From contig JBFLGF010000106.1 of the NCBI GenBank assembly GCA_050230475.1, positions 1 through 64,000 of the forward strand: a stretch of 64,000 bases of DNA, in the 5' to 3' direction. The translations under genes were made by a program, and so were the position numbers. Shown piece after piece: positions 25,801 to 40,800 of this stretch. The DNA is from Ancylonema sp. Its lineage: Eukaryota. The stretch's first letter is position 1. Every line of letters starts with the position of its first letter. The notes beneath the pieces were generated by a model. The model ran no database searches, was not told the DNA's origin, and saw nothing but the letters and a program-made list of their open reading frames with translations.

Positions 25801-28800
25801 TTCTTCAGCTCTGCCAGGTCGGTGACGGGGCGGTTGGTGTAGAAGAGGTTGATGGATTTCACGGATTTGGAGCGACGAGCGTCGTGGATGGCGAGGGTGA
25901 GGCTCTGGCCGAAAAATGGGGGTTGAATATGTTAAGTTAGGAGAGATTGTACTCACGCGCTAGATGCGATTGTGATGCACAAATACACATCGAATGGTAG
26001 GTATCGAATTGTGCCACAATTTGACAGCACACACCAAATGATCGACAAAGTTTGACTTGAAAGCGAGAAGGTCAACATGGCTGCTACGCAAACATCGATC
26101 TAAAGCTCTGAAATGACGAATGTGAACGAGTTCTTCTCGACCGCCTGATAAGAAGTGGTACACTGTTTTAACTCGACACGACGCGATCACGCATGACAAA
26201 AATGATCGTATTCCACACTCAGCAATGTGATAGAAATTGAGTAGAAAAGAAAGAGGAAGAATTAAAAAAACTGCAGAAAACATGACGCCAAAAGAGGCTA
26301 GAAACAAAGTCTGGGAGGGGGCCCACTACGGTGGGCAGCCAAAATATCATTCATAAACGACTCTGACGAAAGAAGAAAAAAAAAGTAAAAGTAAAAGTAA
26401 AAAAGTAGATGAAATAATAAGCACTCGGTGGGTGGGGCAAGCTGGACCACCCACCCACCCACCCTCCCACACCCCCCCACCTTGATTGCATGCGTTGCCG
26501 TAAACTTGAGCAAGATCCGGTTGTGCGCGTACTTCACCTCCGCTTTCAGTGCCTCCATGTCCATCCGCACATACGCCGTCTCCGAAACGCTGCACGCCAA
26601 ACATGGTGCACTCTCCAAAAAGTAGCCCTCCACTTCTACCACCGGCCGCAAGGCTGCGTAGATGCGCGCGTGCGGGTGGTTGGCCACCAACTCGTTTTCT
26701 CGGCGGAGGGTGGAGAGGAGGGTGGTGATGACGTGGGGATGGAGGCAGGCTTGGACTAGAGCTCTCTCTTCACCGGTCTTGGAGAGGAGGATGGTGAGGA
26801 GGGTCGAGTATTTGTCCACTTTTTTGCCGTAGGAGGGGAGGGTGGGGATCCGAAGAAGGAGGGTGAGTAGGAGGAGTTTGCGGAAGGCGGGAGTGCCGTG
26901 GAACCAAACCCCCTGCGCAGAATATCGGCATTTACTTTTCTGTTTAGTTGCTTCATTTGACCTTGTTCCAGGCTGAGAAGGTAGAATGTGTACAGGGAGA
27001 CAGAAACGAGAAGGAAAGAGAAACGAAATGAAAAGAAACTGAAAGAAGAATGTGGAATAACAAAAGCCGACCGATACAATAGATTATAAACAAAGAGCAA
27101 ACGATACACGAAGATATTGTAAAAAAATGCAGGAAAAAAAAACACCAGGTTTGACAACCAAAAAAACGGTTCTGAAAGGGATGAACGATGGCAACACTCG
27201 GTTTGGACATGAAAAAAGGTGCAACCCAATGAGAGAGTAATGATGTGGAATCCAGGTGCGATATCACCCCCCCCCCCCTCCCCCACTTTCCTCTTTACCT
27301 GCAGAAACATCTCTGCCTCGGCCCGCACTGCCTGTGCTGCCGACCCCAGCAGGCACCCGTCGATCACCCTACCCAACCCCTTCCCCTCCACCGCCCCAAA
27401 CAGCATAGACACCTGCGAACGCATGTCCAAAAACCCCTTCTCCTTCTCCTTCTCCTTCTCCTTCTCCTTCTCTCCACTCTCCTCCTCCCTCTTCTTCCGC
27501 CTCCCCCCACTAGCCCGCTGCCCCACCTCACCCACCACCGTGTACCCCACTGGCCCAGCCGCAGGTGGGTCTGGCGTGGGGGGGGGGGGAGGTGGGGGGG
27601 AGCCTGCATACATGCTGAGGGAGCAGAGACGGAGGGCGAGGAGGAGGGACTCCTCGGGCCACAAAGGGAGGGCGTCCAGGAGGAGGGGGAGGATGTCGGG
27701 GTGGCGGATGCACTGTTTCTGCCAATTGCGTGGCCGGGCTTTTGCCACCTCCAGACAGCCTGCCAGGTGGCGGAGCAGCTTGGCGCGGCGGTCGTAGGAG
27801 AGAGGGTCGTGGAAATGCTCCGTCTTCTCGCCCAAAGAACGGATTTTCTGGGACCCCAAGAGGCGGAAAGGTGAAAAGGAGGAAAGGAGAGTATGGAGAG
27901 CATGGAGATGGGGGTGGGAGGGGAGGGGAATGACCTGTCCATCTCTCCTCTCGCCCCTTCAAATTCGTTCGACATTTTACACACATTTTTATCTGAGGCA
28001 TTTGATTGTTCCCTATTTTCCCCAGTCACTATATTAGTGATGTATCATCTGTCATGTGATGATAGATGATAGATGATAGATGATAGATGATAGATGATAG
28101 ATGATAGATGATAGATGATAGATGATAGATGATAGATGATAGATGATAGATGATAGAGATAGATGATAGATGATAGATGATAGATGATAGATGATAAATG
28201 ATAGATGATAGATGATAGATGGTTCTATGTTGGGAAGGATGGCGTGCTCACCTGCAGCTCCACGCAGTACTGAAACCCGTCCTTGACGGAATAGTACTTA
28301 TGTTTGGTCCCACACATGTGATGCAGCAGCCTCCTGGCATACTTGCGCACAAACGACGTCTGAAAGCTGTTCAGATACGCGCACAACATATCCTCCCACC
28401 CCTCTAGTTTCACTTCCCATATCCCCTTCCCCCCCCCAGTCTGCCTGATGAGGCAGTACGCCAGCCTGAAACTGCTCTCCACCAACCGCTTGCCCACCTC
28501 ACTGAACACCTCCCCCCCATGGACCCTCGCGTGGGAAGAAGAGAAAAAGGGAGCCAGACTGCCAGCTGGCACGTCTCTAGCGCGAGGCAGCAACGAGAGC
28601 CCTTTCCCAGCCCCCTCTTCCCCCCCCCCCTCCCCCGCGAACATTTGGGCACTGAGAGAGGACACGATGTGCAGCAGATAAGCCTCGAGCAGCGGCTGCC
28701 TCAGCAGTCCAGCCGCCCGCTCCTGCTGCGAAACACTCTGGGGGTTCAAGCCCAGACCCACAAGGCCGCCCTCCACCTCCCCATCCCCGTCCTCCAGCCC

Positions 28801-31800
28801 CCCGCCCCCCTCCTTTGCCTCCCCCCCATTAGATTGCCGCCAGTTCCGCAACACAAGGGAGAAGAACATGAATATGAGCACTGCCCCCTCGCTCTTACTC
28901 CCCACCTTACCCACATCTAAGGGCGTGCTCAGGTCCAGTTCCTGCAGCATGGTTTTGAGCAGAGAGAGAAGGGGGTCTGCCCCCCCATCCGACCCACCCG
29001 CAAGAGGGCCTATCCCCCCCCCCGATGCACACCCCACACTGAACAGAAACTGCATAAATGCCACCATCTGCGCCCCCGGATGCCTCGAACTCCACCCCTT
29101 GAGCCCCCCTACGATGCGCCAGAACACCAACGCCTGCCCTCCCGTCACACGCATCAGAGGAGAGGCCTCTCTCCTCTCCCCCCTCCTGTGCGCGTCAGAA
29201 CCTTCTCCTGCCTCCCCCAGACTCAGTTCCATCGCCAGCGCCATCTCATCCTCCTCCGACAGCTTCTCCCCCCCCCCCCCTCCCCCCCTCCCCCCATCCC
29301 AGTCGTCTGCTCCCTCTACAGGCTCTACAGGCAGGGCAGTCATGGGATGGTCCAGCACGTGGCTGCGCAGGGCAGAGGGGTCGGCTGCCAGGTGGCAGTC
29401 GGTGCAGAGGTCAAAGTCGGGGCACACGTCGCAGTGCCAACGCTGCGTCAGAATGGGGCCTGTAGGAGGGGGTGGAGTAACCCCTTCCTTGGTTAGCATA
29501 GCACACAATACTCACCATCCTTCAAGATCTCCTCCCTCGTTTTCTTCCGAATTCATGTCCCAGAGAAATCCCCAAAGAAACCCAAAACGTTTTTTTCCCT
29601 CGGTTTCTTGTTCTGAGAATTCTTATCCTGTGGTCCTTACTATTTGCCTCACGGGTTCGGTTTTTCGGTTTTAGTAGGGCAGGTGGAGGACTCACAAACC
29701 GAGCAGCCGTCACAGCTGTACTGGATGGCGGTTTCGGGGGTGGGGGAGGCAGTCGGGTGCTTCACCAGCCCCGCTGCCAGCGCCACACTGCGACCATCAT
29801 GACAACGCGCTCAAATACCACCCACCACTCCCACCCCCTCCCTGGGACAAGTAACAACGAGCAGAGGCAGAAGCAGCCCAGAAGGTTCCGGAAAGGGTCC
29901 AGTGGGTATGAGTATCGGTAGGTTTGGCAAGGGACCCTCTAGAAGCATCTAGAAGCATCTAGAAGCATGCGGGACCTTCTGGAAGCTCGACACCCATTGT
30001 AGTGCACTATTTCCTCACCTAGCGGCGCTCCTCACTGCCTCCCCAGAGCACACTAGCAGTCTCCTCATGGGCCCCACAGCCCCCTCTATCCACCCCATCC
30101 TCTCCCCGCCCCAGTCCGCATTCTCTCCCACCCCCCCATGGGTCAGCACCAGGTGCTCCGAGAAACACAGGAGGAGAGTGACGAGGGAGTACACGAGGCG
30201 GTCCGAGGAATCCATGTCCACAAACGCCCCGTTCGCTTCCAACTCCCAAAACGTGTCCACCAACACAATCACCAACCCTTCGCCTAGTAGGTAGTAAGCG
30301 AAGCGGGGGGGGGGGGGGGGCAGAGAGAATAAACGAGAGTGGGGAGAGAGCGTATTTGGGCAACCTGGCAGCAGTGGAGCACTTGTAAAAAAAAACCTGG
30401 AATGACTTAGGTCGCGACACCTTGAAAACACACGCACGGAATTTAGGGTTTTATTTGTCACCTTGTTGGCGTAGGAATTGCGAGAAATTGTGCGGTCTTC
30501 GACTGGCCACCCTGCACGCCCTCTCCACTGCTGTCCTGAAGCTCTTCACCTCCACCCTCCCCACCCTCCCTTCCATCCCCGCCACCGAACAGCTCTTAAC
30601 CACACCTCCCAGACGCACCCGGTCCAGCACCTGCACACACACACACACACACACATTCAGTCATCCACGCATACACACGTCCAGCAAAACCCATGTCATA
30701 AAATTTGGGTCCAGGTCATGCCTTTCTTCTGACAATGCAGACATCCGAATTCAGACTTTCAAAGGCTTCAAACTCATAAAAATTATGTACACACGTATAG
30801 CCTCTGGAAAATTTTTCATTATATCGGTGGTACGGAGTGGAGGGGGAGGTGCTATCTGCCACGCATCCCGTCAAGTGGCGGCTGGGGTTCAGACTCACTT
30901 CAAAGTACTCTTTTTCGTCCTTACAAAGGGCGAGCAACACCCCCCTCGCCGCCCCCTCCACCCCCCCATCCCCTTGCCCTTCCAGAATCTCCTCCAACAT
31001 CCCCAAACTCTCAACCCTCGCACCCTCGCCCTCCATCCCATGTGCCAACCCTCCCTGAGCCGCATACAGAAGCCTGAGCGAGTGCAACGCACACAGCAAA
31101 GTGCACTGAGCTGGCGTGCCATCCCCTCCCCGAGATCCCATCCCCCTCCGCCCCCCCCCAGCCTCCACCCCTCCCTCCGCCGGCACTCTCTTCCTCCACC
31201 CAAACTCCTCCTTCGTGCGTGCATACACGTCCAAATTGTCCACTCGCGGACAGGCTCCCCCCAGTGTGGGGCCCACAGTTAGGGTGAAGTCTTTGTCGGC
31301 CTTGAGAGCCTCGGAGGTGGTGAAGGGGAGCTCGTACCAACGCCGACCCCCCTCTTCCAGACTGAGGGTGCGGTCGAACACGGTGATGGAGGAGGGGACG
31401 TTGGGTGCCAGGGTGGCGCCTACCAGGATGCGGCAACCGACCATGACCAGATCCGGATTGGAGTTGGAGATGGACAGCTGTGGAAAAGGGGTGCTTGTGT
31501 AAGTCTCTATTCTTCTTCTCTTTTTTTCATTCATTTTTTTCATCATTTCGTCATGGCACAACCTCGAGAATCGCATGCAAGGCAATGACCAATCTCACTG
31601 ACTTGTCATCGGGGGGGACCATGTGGTGCTGCTTTGCCTTGCACTGCGTTGTATGAAATGAGAATGTGGGAATATGGGAATATGGGAATATGGGAATATG
31701 GGAATATGGGAATATGGGAATATGGGAATATGGGAATATGGGAATATGGGAATATGGGAATATGGGAATATGGGAATATGGGAATATGGGAATATGGGAA

Positions 31801-34800
31801 TATGGGAATATGGGAATATGGGAATATGGGAATATGGGAATATGGGAATATGGGAATATGGGAATATGGGAATATGGGAATATGGGAATATGGGAATATG
31901 GGAATATGGGAATATGGGAATATGGGAATATGGGAATATGGGAATATGGGAATATGGGAATATGGGGAACAGAGCCTCGGAGCACATGTGTAAAAGAACC
32001 ATATTCGCTTGACGCCTGCAGACATCAGCGGCTATTCTTCCCCCTCCTCCCTTACCCCCCCACCCTGCATTTGTGCAACTAACCTTAAACCCCGCCCCAT
32101 TCGGCCCCTCCAGATACCCATCCTCCCCCATCAGGTTCTGCTTCACGGCATCCGTATCCATGGCTGCCAGCACCTCCCCCCCCAGCATCACATCCTGCGT
32201 GATGCAGAACGTGTTCTCAAAAAAGTCGAAAGGAAAAGAGGGGGCTGCTCTGGTCCCCCCCCCCACTGCCCCCCTCCCCCCGAGCAGAACTGCGCCCAAC
32301 TTGCGAGCTTTTTCTGATTTGCTGAAACCCGAACCTGCTCCCCCTTCCAGTCTTTGCACTAGCAGGGCGGCGGGGTACTCTGGGGAAACCTGGGTGAAGA
32401 CCTGGAATGCAATACCCACACATTAGGTGCATCTGAGGGGGAGGAAATAAAGAATCGATGAAAATCGAAAATCGATAAACAGCTAACAATTGACGATAGA
32501 CAACGCTGTTGGTTGTTGGTTTCTAGTTTTTAGTTCTTAGCTTTTGTAACAAAAATATGTGAGTCGTTTAACAAAAAAAGTGTCATTGGTTGGTTGTTAG
32601 TGGTCAGATTTCAGCCGTATCGAGTCTTCCTCACAGCTGGGCGTAGTTTTGTTAGTACTGCTGTTTCCCTGCTCATGCACATTCGTTCCAGGTGCCACGC
32701 AGCCATGGCAACTGGCGACAGCTGGCGCACCTGCAAGCTTCCGTCTTCCAACAGCAGCAGCAGTGCACTGGCGTCTCCTGACAGAGGGCAGTACGACCCC
32801 ACGCCATCCACCCGCGCAGCGGATGAGTGGCTGCTCTGACGCACCCACTGGCACTCCATCTCCGCCCCCTTCACCTGCACACCACCCGGGAACTCCCCAA
32901 CTCTCACTCATGCACATCCATCTCTGTTACCATCATTTGAATCATGTGTGTATATGCACGCGCATGCATGCATATGTGTGTATGTATGTATGTATGCATG
33001 TATGTATGTATGCACATATGTATATACATATGTATACATATGTATATGTATGTGTATGTGTATGCATGTACATGTCTGTGAATGTATGTAAATGTCTTTG
33101 CTTGTGTACGTGTGTGAATATTTGTGCATGGACATGCATATGAATATGTAATTTTGTATGTGTATGCAACTGTACATACATGTATGTATTTTATGTACTT
33201 AGAACAGACTACATATCCATTTCTACATCTAATTATGCATACGTACATGTGATTGAACACGTGTACGTATCGGATCCTGTGTGCAGTTGAGGGCGAGATG
33301 GGCACCTGAACGGCGAGGGCAGACCCCATGTCGGTACACACACCAAAACCTCTTTCCATCGATAGCCTTTAGGTTTATGGCCGCCCCGAATCTCTCCAGA
33401 GGTGACCAACGCCGCCTCCAAACCGGTCTGTGAGACATGAAGAATTGGACCATTGGATGATTGGATGATGTGGACCAGAAATCATCGCACTCATTGAACG
33501 TGTTGGCACCCAAGTGGTCTGGGGTGGTCTGGTTGTTGGTCATTGTGTGAGTTTTAGGGTTTTCTCTATACTTATTATGTCACCCCTCTCAAATTGTGAC
33601 CATCTTCGTTCACTTGCATTCAGAATCCCTACTCAAAAAAAAGAGTCACAGGTACAACGAAATTTTAAACCCTCAACAGCCATATGTCCATACATCCATA
33701 CATACATACATACATCTGTATATCCATACATCCACACATACATACATCCATACATCCATACATCCATACATCCATACATCCATACATACATACATCCATC
33801 TGTACATACATACAGACATACAACCAAACTTGCACATACGCATATTACATAATCTTATATGTGATTACAGTGATTACATATTTGAAATAATTGAGTGCAC
33901 ACACAGCATCACCAACATCTGTCTTACATTGAAACTAGAATTCAGTTTCGCTGTAACCGTCTTCCCCCCCTGAAAGGACACCAGCAGCGTGTGTAGGCGG
34001 GTGGAGTAGCAGAGAGACAGTCCCATCCCCCACCCCCCATCCCCCATCCCCCTCGGCTGCACTCTCTCTGGAAACTGAAGGGTCTGACTCAGCATTTGTG
34101 TGCCTCCTGAGGGGGGTGCGTTGGTCAGGACCTCGCGGTACAGCAAACCCTGGAAACGCAAACACACAAGGGGAAAAATAAAAAAAATGATTGGGTAAAC
34201 CGTTCCAAAAATTCTCATAGGTTCCTATAAATACTTCACATCTTGAGTTTTTACTCTAAAAAATCCGTTTTTTCATTTTTCAATTTCTATCATCTATTTC
34301 TCTCCCTCACCCATCTCATTACCCTCCTGACAATTCTACTGACAATGCACAGGCAACAATTGGGGTTCGTTTTGGGGAGCGTAGGTTGCTGTTCACAGAG
34401 TTTACACAGTTGATACCTCAGCAGTCCCCCCCAATGCAGCGAAAGCGAACACCAACCCCCCATACAAGCCCAAAAAAATGATCAAATCCCCATTCGATAC
34501 GACAGTCGACGATGCCAGATGATGTCTTACCTGTTGAGTCAGCACAAGAGCTGCCAGGTGGCGGTCAGGCTGCGCCACAATGATGGCGTCCTGAAGCGTG
34601 TCGCTGGGCGGGGCGAGGCAGAGGCAGGGAGTGGAAGGGTCAACGGAGAGGTCAAACACTTTGACAAACCGATTGGTCAATACCATGAGCTTCACCTGCG
34701 GATGGGGAGAGGGGCCCACGTGTGTGAATGGATTCTTTAATCCACTCAATTTCTGTTTAAACTAAAACAGAACCTAACAAAATATTGTGGTTGGTACCTC

Positions 34801-37800
34801 AATCCCCGATTCTGTGACCGAAATATAGCACACACATTACAATGCTGCAAGACTCCCCTCCAAACCCCGAGGCTACGATTAAAAAAAACGTCATCAAATT
34901 ATTACTGATCATTTATTTTTTTTCTTTTTTTTTCTTTTTCACATGACATGTGAAATAATAAGCAATGATAACATCGCACCACTGCCACTGCCTCCCCCAT
35001 CAGCCCGTCCTTACCTTCGAGTGGGTCAGCCATGAAACCGTCCGGATGTGCTCCCCCACCCCCTCCAGCCCCACTTGCACCGCCACCCGCTCGTTCACTT
35101 CCCCCCTCGAGCTCAGCATGAACACCTGCACCACACCCCCCCCCCACGTCGGAAACAGCTTGTGCCTGCTCAGTCCGATTGCCGTTTTAATAAAAAGGAG
35201 TCGACAGAGACGTGGAGTCATTGACGTAGGCATTTATAACCTCTGACGAGTCATACAGCACCTGAGCTGTGACAATCGTAAGCTGTGACAATCAAACCTG
35301 TACCTGACACTCCTCCAGCCCCGCCACTGCAAGCACCGCCTCATTGGCCGGATTGAACTCCAGTGTGAGCACCTCAAACCGGACTGCGTTCCGACTGAGC
35401 GCCTTCACGCTGCTCTTGTCCACCACCAGAGGCACGGGGGTGGGCTGCCCGATGAACACGCCCACGTCGAATAGCGTCACCTTGTCCCCCTCCCCCACCG
35501 CCATGCGCCCCTTGCAGCTCACGCTTAGCGCAGACTTCACCAAAAACCCGCTGCCCAGATGCTTCCTCACCTCCCCCCCCCCCGAGTGCTCGTTTCTGGG
35601 CTTCATGTCCAGCGACCCGCTCTTGTACGCCCGTTTTAGTTTCAGAATCGATGCCCCCAGGCACCAGCTCCTTATCCTCGCTCAGATCCACCTCGCCCTC
35701 CCCCTTCGCCTCCGCCCTCTCCCCCTTGCATGCATGCAGCATCTTGATTGCCACCTCAACTACCCTCCCTTCCAAACCCACCTCACTAACCACCCGCAAT
35801 AGCTGCTGCTTCTCCCCTGGATTCAAAACAACCGAAATGCCACCATCCCCAGACCCCCCCCCCAGACCCTTCCCTGCCAACCTCCAACTCCTCCCCCTCC
35901 GAATCCTCCTCCCCCTCTCCCATCCTCTCAGCAGGCCCTGCCCTCCCCCCCTGGCTCCTTCTAGAAGGTTCCGGAACCGGGGGAGGCAGTCTAGAAGGAG
36001 CTTGACCCACGGAGTGCCTGCGCGGTTTCAACGAAATGCAGCTCACCCCCCTCGCCCGCGCCTCCCCAGCCCCTGCCCCGCAGTCACAGAAGAATCGGCT
36101 GGAGCGGGAGTACACCACCTTGTGCCCCTTGTGGCAGTACGCGGCACACACGGAGCAGCACCCCTTGGTGACTGTGAGGTCGCAGGTGTAGCAGAAGTAC
36201 CAATGCTGGTCCATAAAGTTGTTGCCCGATGAAAGGTACGTGCACACGCGCACCTCCGCACCCGCCCTCACCCCCTCCTCCACCTCCCCCTCTGACACCT
36301 CCTCCTCTTCCTCCTCGTCCCCCGACTCCCCCTCCCGCCCCACATGACTGGGAAGGGCCCCAACAGCAGTCCCCGAATCTATGGCTGCCACCTGGCCCAA
36401 AGACTCTTTGACTCGAGGTGCCCCAGACTTGAGACCGTCACCAACCTCCACCTCCTTCTCCACCCCCCAGCCCTTCCCACCCGCCTGTCCTCCACCCTCA
36501 GTACTGCCCAGGGCAGAGAAGATAGACCCAAAGCAGTCCAGTAGCCCCCCCACTGCTTCTGCCCCCTTCCCCTGCTGCAATGTTGCCAACACCTGAACCC
36601 CAGCCCCCAGAAGCTTCCGCAGTAGCGCCACATCCCCTCCGGCCAGCAACAGACCCACTGAAAGGTACCGTTTTGCCACACTTGTTTCGTACGCCCCAAA
36701 GGCATCTTCCAGCCCCTCCGAAAAGGCGTCTACCAGAGCCACACGAAGAGCACACGGCTCTGATTTCTCCCCCCCCAGAACTCTCCCCCCCTCTGTTTTT
36801 GCCACCAGAACTTCCACAAATTTGGAGGTGTCTGCGCACACGTCCGCGGAGGAGGTCCAAAGCGGCGCAGCCTCCGACTCTGCGGACAGCTTCTGCCCCC
36901 CCCCCCCCAGAAGTCTCTCCCCCACCCACCTTACCAACTCCGGGCCACCCATCCCTACCAACTTCCCGCTGAAATCTCCCCAAATCTTACCCCCCCCACC
37001 TTCCACCAACTTGGTGGCTACTCGCAGCACAGCATGATTCACGCCCTCTCTCCCATTCCCTCGCAACAAGTNATCCTCTCAGCAGGCCCTGCCCTCCCCC
37101 CCTGGCTCCTTCTAGAAGGTTCCGGAACCGGGGGAGGCAGTCTAGAAGGAGCTTGACCCACGGAGTGCCTGCGCGGTTTCAACGAAATGCAGCTCACCCC
37201 CCTCGCCCGCGCCTCCCCAGCCCCTGCCCCGCAGTCACAGAAGAATCGGCTGGAGCGGGAGTACACCACCTTGTGCCCCTTGTGGCAGTACGCGGCACAC
37301 ACGGAGCAGCACCCCTTGGTGACTGTGAGGTCGCAGGTGTAGCAGAAGTACCAATGCTGGTCCATAAAGTTGTTGCCCGATGAAAGGTACGTGCACACGC
37401 GCACCTCCGCACCCGCCCTCACCCCCTCCTCCACCTCCCCCTCTGACACCTCCTCCTCTTCCTCCTCGTCCCCCGACTCCCCCTCCCGCCCCACATGACT
37501 GGGAAGGGCCCCAACAGCAGTCCCCGAATCTATGGCTGCCACCTGGCCCAAAGACTCTTTGACTCGAGGTGCCCCAGACTTGAGACCGTCACCAACCTCC
37601 ACCTCCTTCTCCACCCCCCAGCCCTTCCCACCCGCCTGTCCTCCACCCTCAGTACTGCCCAGGGCAGAGAAGATAGACCCAAAGCAGTCCAGTAGCCCCC
37701 CCACTGCTTCTGCCCCCTTCCCCTGCTGCAATGTTGCCAACACCTGAACCCCAGCCCCCAGAAGCTTCCGCAGTAGCGCCACATCCCCTCCGGCCAGCAA

Positions 37801-40800
37801 CAGACCCACTGAAAGGTACCGTTTTGCCACACTTGTTTCGTACGCCCCAAAGGCATCTTCCAGCCCCTCCGAAAAGGCGTCTACCAGAGCCACACGAAGA
37901 GCACACGGCTCTGATTTCTCCCCCCCCAGAACTCTCCCCCCCTCTGTTTTTGCCACCAGAACTTCCACAAATTTGGAGGTGTCTGCGCACACGTCCGCGG
38001 AGGAGGTCCAAAGCGGCGCAGCCTCCGACTCTGCGGACAGCTTCTGCCCGCCCCCCCCCAGAAGTCTCTCCCCCACCCACCTTACCAACTCCGGGCCACC
38101 CATCCCTACCAACTGCCCGCTGAAATCTCCCCAAATCTTACCCCCCCCACCTTCCACCAACTTGGTGGCTACTCGCAGCACAGCATGATTCACGCCCTCT
38201 CTCCCATTCCCGCGCAACAAGTCCAACACGAACGACGGCCTCCCTCCCTTCCGCCCCCCCCCTCCTCCTCCCTCCGCCCCTTCGGCATCCGAGAAATACT
38301 TTTCCACCACCACCCGTGTCTCTCCGGATTCCCACACCTCCTCCAATGCTAATAATTTGTCCACTATTACCGAATCCAGCCACGCCGTCATACCCCCCAC
38401 GCCCACCAAAAGCCCGCACGCCCGCACGCAAAAAGCGACGCAGTGGTGTACTTTCTGCTCCGTAGTCTCCTCTACAAATTGGGTCTGGGTGGGCGTGAGG
38501 CACCCCCACAATCTCCACCCACCCACCCGCACTCTTTCATAAACCCCATCATTCACAATCGCACCCAAAACGTCTACCAGCACACCTCCTCTCCCAGCTT
38601 TCCACCTCCTCCTTGCTTCCTGCCCGAACCCAGCCCTCAAAATCTCCTCCAGACACCTCAGCAAAGCTCCGATCGCCATCTGGCACGCGTACATGCACAC
38701 CACCTCCGCCCCCCCCTGTTCCAGGATACTTTCTAGAACCTTCTCCACCACCCTTCCCATGGACTGCCCCTCCAGTGGCGCCCCCACAGCACCCAACATC
38801 CTGTCCAACGCCTCTTCCTGCTCTTCTGTGATGACACCTGGCCCTACCAGCCGACTCAGCATCTCACTGCTACTCCTCTCCCTCTCCACTTGCCTCCTTA
38901 GCTCGCTCCTCTCCCTCTCCTTACACTGGAGGAGCAGGAGCTGCATGTCTCTGTTTGCATCACCTGACTCTACTGTTGTGAGCGCCTGGTTCAGAAGCGA
39001 CCGGTACTGCTCCACGTACGTCATCAACATTGCCTCTACCATCCCTACCACTTCCTCCCCGCTCCCCCCATCCCCAACCAGCCCCTGCACCGCTGCCTGT
39101 AGCGCAGGCAGGAGAGGGGCAGCAACAGACGCCCCCCTCGGGAAAACGAACGGCGGCCCTGCCTCATCCACGCATGCATCTGATGGCTTCAGATCCCCCT
39201 CAGGTAGCCCCTGGATGAGGAGACGGAGGGCGATCTGAAGGGCTACAGAAGTATTGAAAGCTGACGTGTGGTCTCGGCCGGTCCAGTCGGTGAGCTGCTG
39301 TGCCACGCCCTTGAGCAGCGAGGACAGCGTGGCTCGAAGAGCCTCTGGTGTGGCACTTGGAGCCGGCTCACACTGCGATCAGGTACCAGCGGAGAGGCGA
39401 AAAAGGAGATTTCGCCACATTTATTCGTGCATCTGTTCAGAAATGCATACGGTAGCCGGAAGGAAATCCCTGCCATGGGATTTGCTCACACTCCCTAAAA
39501 TGCGATGCTAAGGTGCACAATCTACTGCGGAAGGGCCACTTTTCTGAAACCAAAAGGAAGATTCCTTTTGCTTCTGAGGACTAGAGGTACAACTCACGTG
39601 TGGCTGGACTCCCTCTGTGTTCCATTCACGATTACGTTTTCTACGCACGTCACGAGGGACGGCGACACGACAAGCTGTGCGTACCTGTGTCAACAGAGTG
39701 AGGTGGCACAGCAGCTGTGCCACACCCCGGGGAACCTCTTCCATCCTCCCACTCCTCAGCCTCACGTACAGGTGGCAACGAACATGGAATGAGTACCTCT
39801 CGGCCACCACTTCCTCCAGACTCCCCATCTGCCTGCTCTCACCCACAGCCGCCAGATCCCACACCGCACCCCACAACGGCTCCCGCGTGCTGCTGGATGA
39901 CGCCTCCCCAACGCTCATGTGAGGGAGCAGCGACAGCTCATCCAGCCACTGCTGCCACGTCATCATGACCGCTCGCCCACCCCTGGACCGTGGCACAGGC
40001 GGCTGGGGTGCGGACAGGTCGTCGCTGAAGTGAATGGCTTCGGGGGAGTGGTTCATGCGCTCCAGTAGTGCCTGAAGGAGCCAGGAGGGGTGGTGGTCGA
40101 AGGTTGACGCCAGGTGGCCGAGGACGAGGAGGAGGTGGGAGGAGGAGAGGGCAAAGGAGAGGAAGGATGGGGGGGGCGCAGCGACGCACGTCCTTGTCAT
40201 GGCCCTCAGTGCTCTCAGCGCTTTGATCCAGATCACATCTCTCCCGTACTCACTCAAACTGTAGAAACCCATGAACAGGATCTGCAAATGGAAGGAGGAC
40301 GGAAGCTTCAAGAAGGCTTTGCCCAATGTTGGGTATCTGTCGGAGCACGCCACGTCATTCACAGTCACAAAGAAGTCGTCCCAGAGCCCAACCACAGCCT
40401 TGTCATCGACTGGCCCCTCCCCCGCCCGCTCCCTCCGCACGCACCGGTTCACTAAGCGGTTGGCGAGGAGGAGTAGAGACGCCTCCCCCACAGAAGCGAT
40501 GGGGGTGAGGCACACCCTCCCCAGAGTCAGCGCCAGGTGCACCTCCATCCTGTCGCTCACCATGCCCTCCCTCATGAGCACATGCAGCAGGCGGTGGCTG
40601 TGCGCCCCCACGGTACACCTCCCATCCCCCCCACTGGGCAGCATGAGCGCCACCATGTGGTTCAGGTGCGGGGTCCGCAGCTGCTGCTGCGCACGTGCAG
40701 CCAGCCCCGCATCCCATTCGGGGCGGACCATGCAGGTTTCCAGGAAGGTGAGAATCTGTTGCGCCACCTGGCCATGCCCAGGGTCCACCACTCCACTCTG

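Noticed and set aside
25201..25940. His/Thr/Tyr-rich and Cys/Met/Val-rich ORFs (also 32904-33359 and 33514-33973)
   Set aside because: Translations of intronic CATA/TATG microsatellites
31551..32082. Repeat proteins (PYSHIPIF)n / (MGIWEYGN)n, or a CRISPR-like array
   Set aside because: Translations of a pure 8-bp intronic satellite with no spacers
35922..38222. BIG with two UBR boxes
   Set aside because: The copies are near identical and join exactly at the single N (37072), typical of unmerged overlapping contig ends
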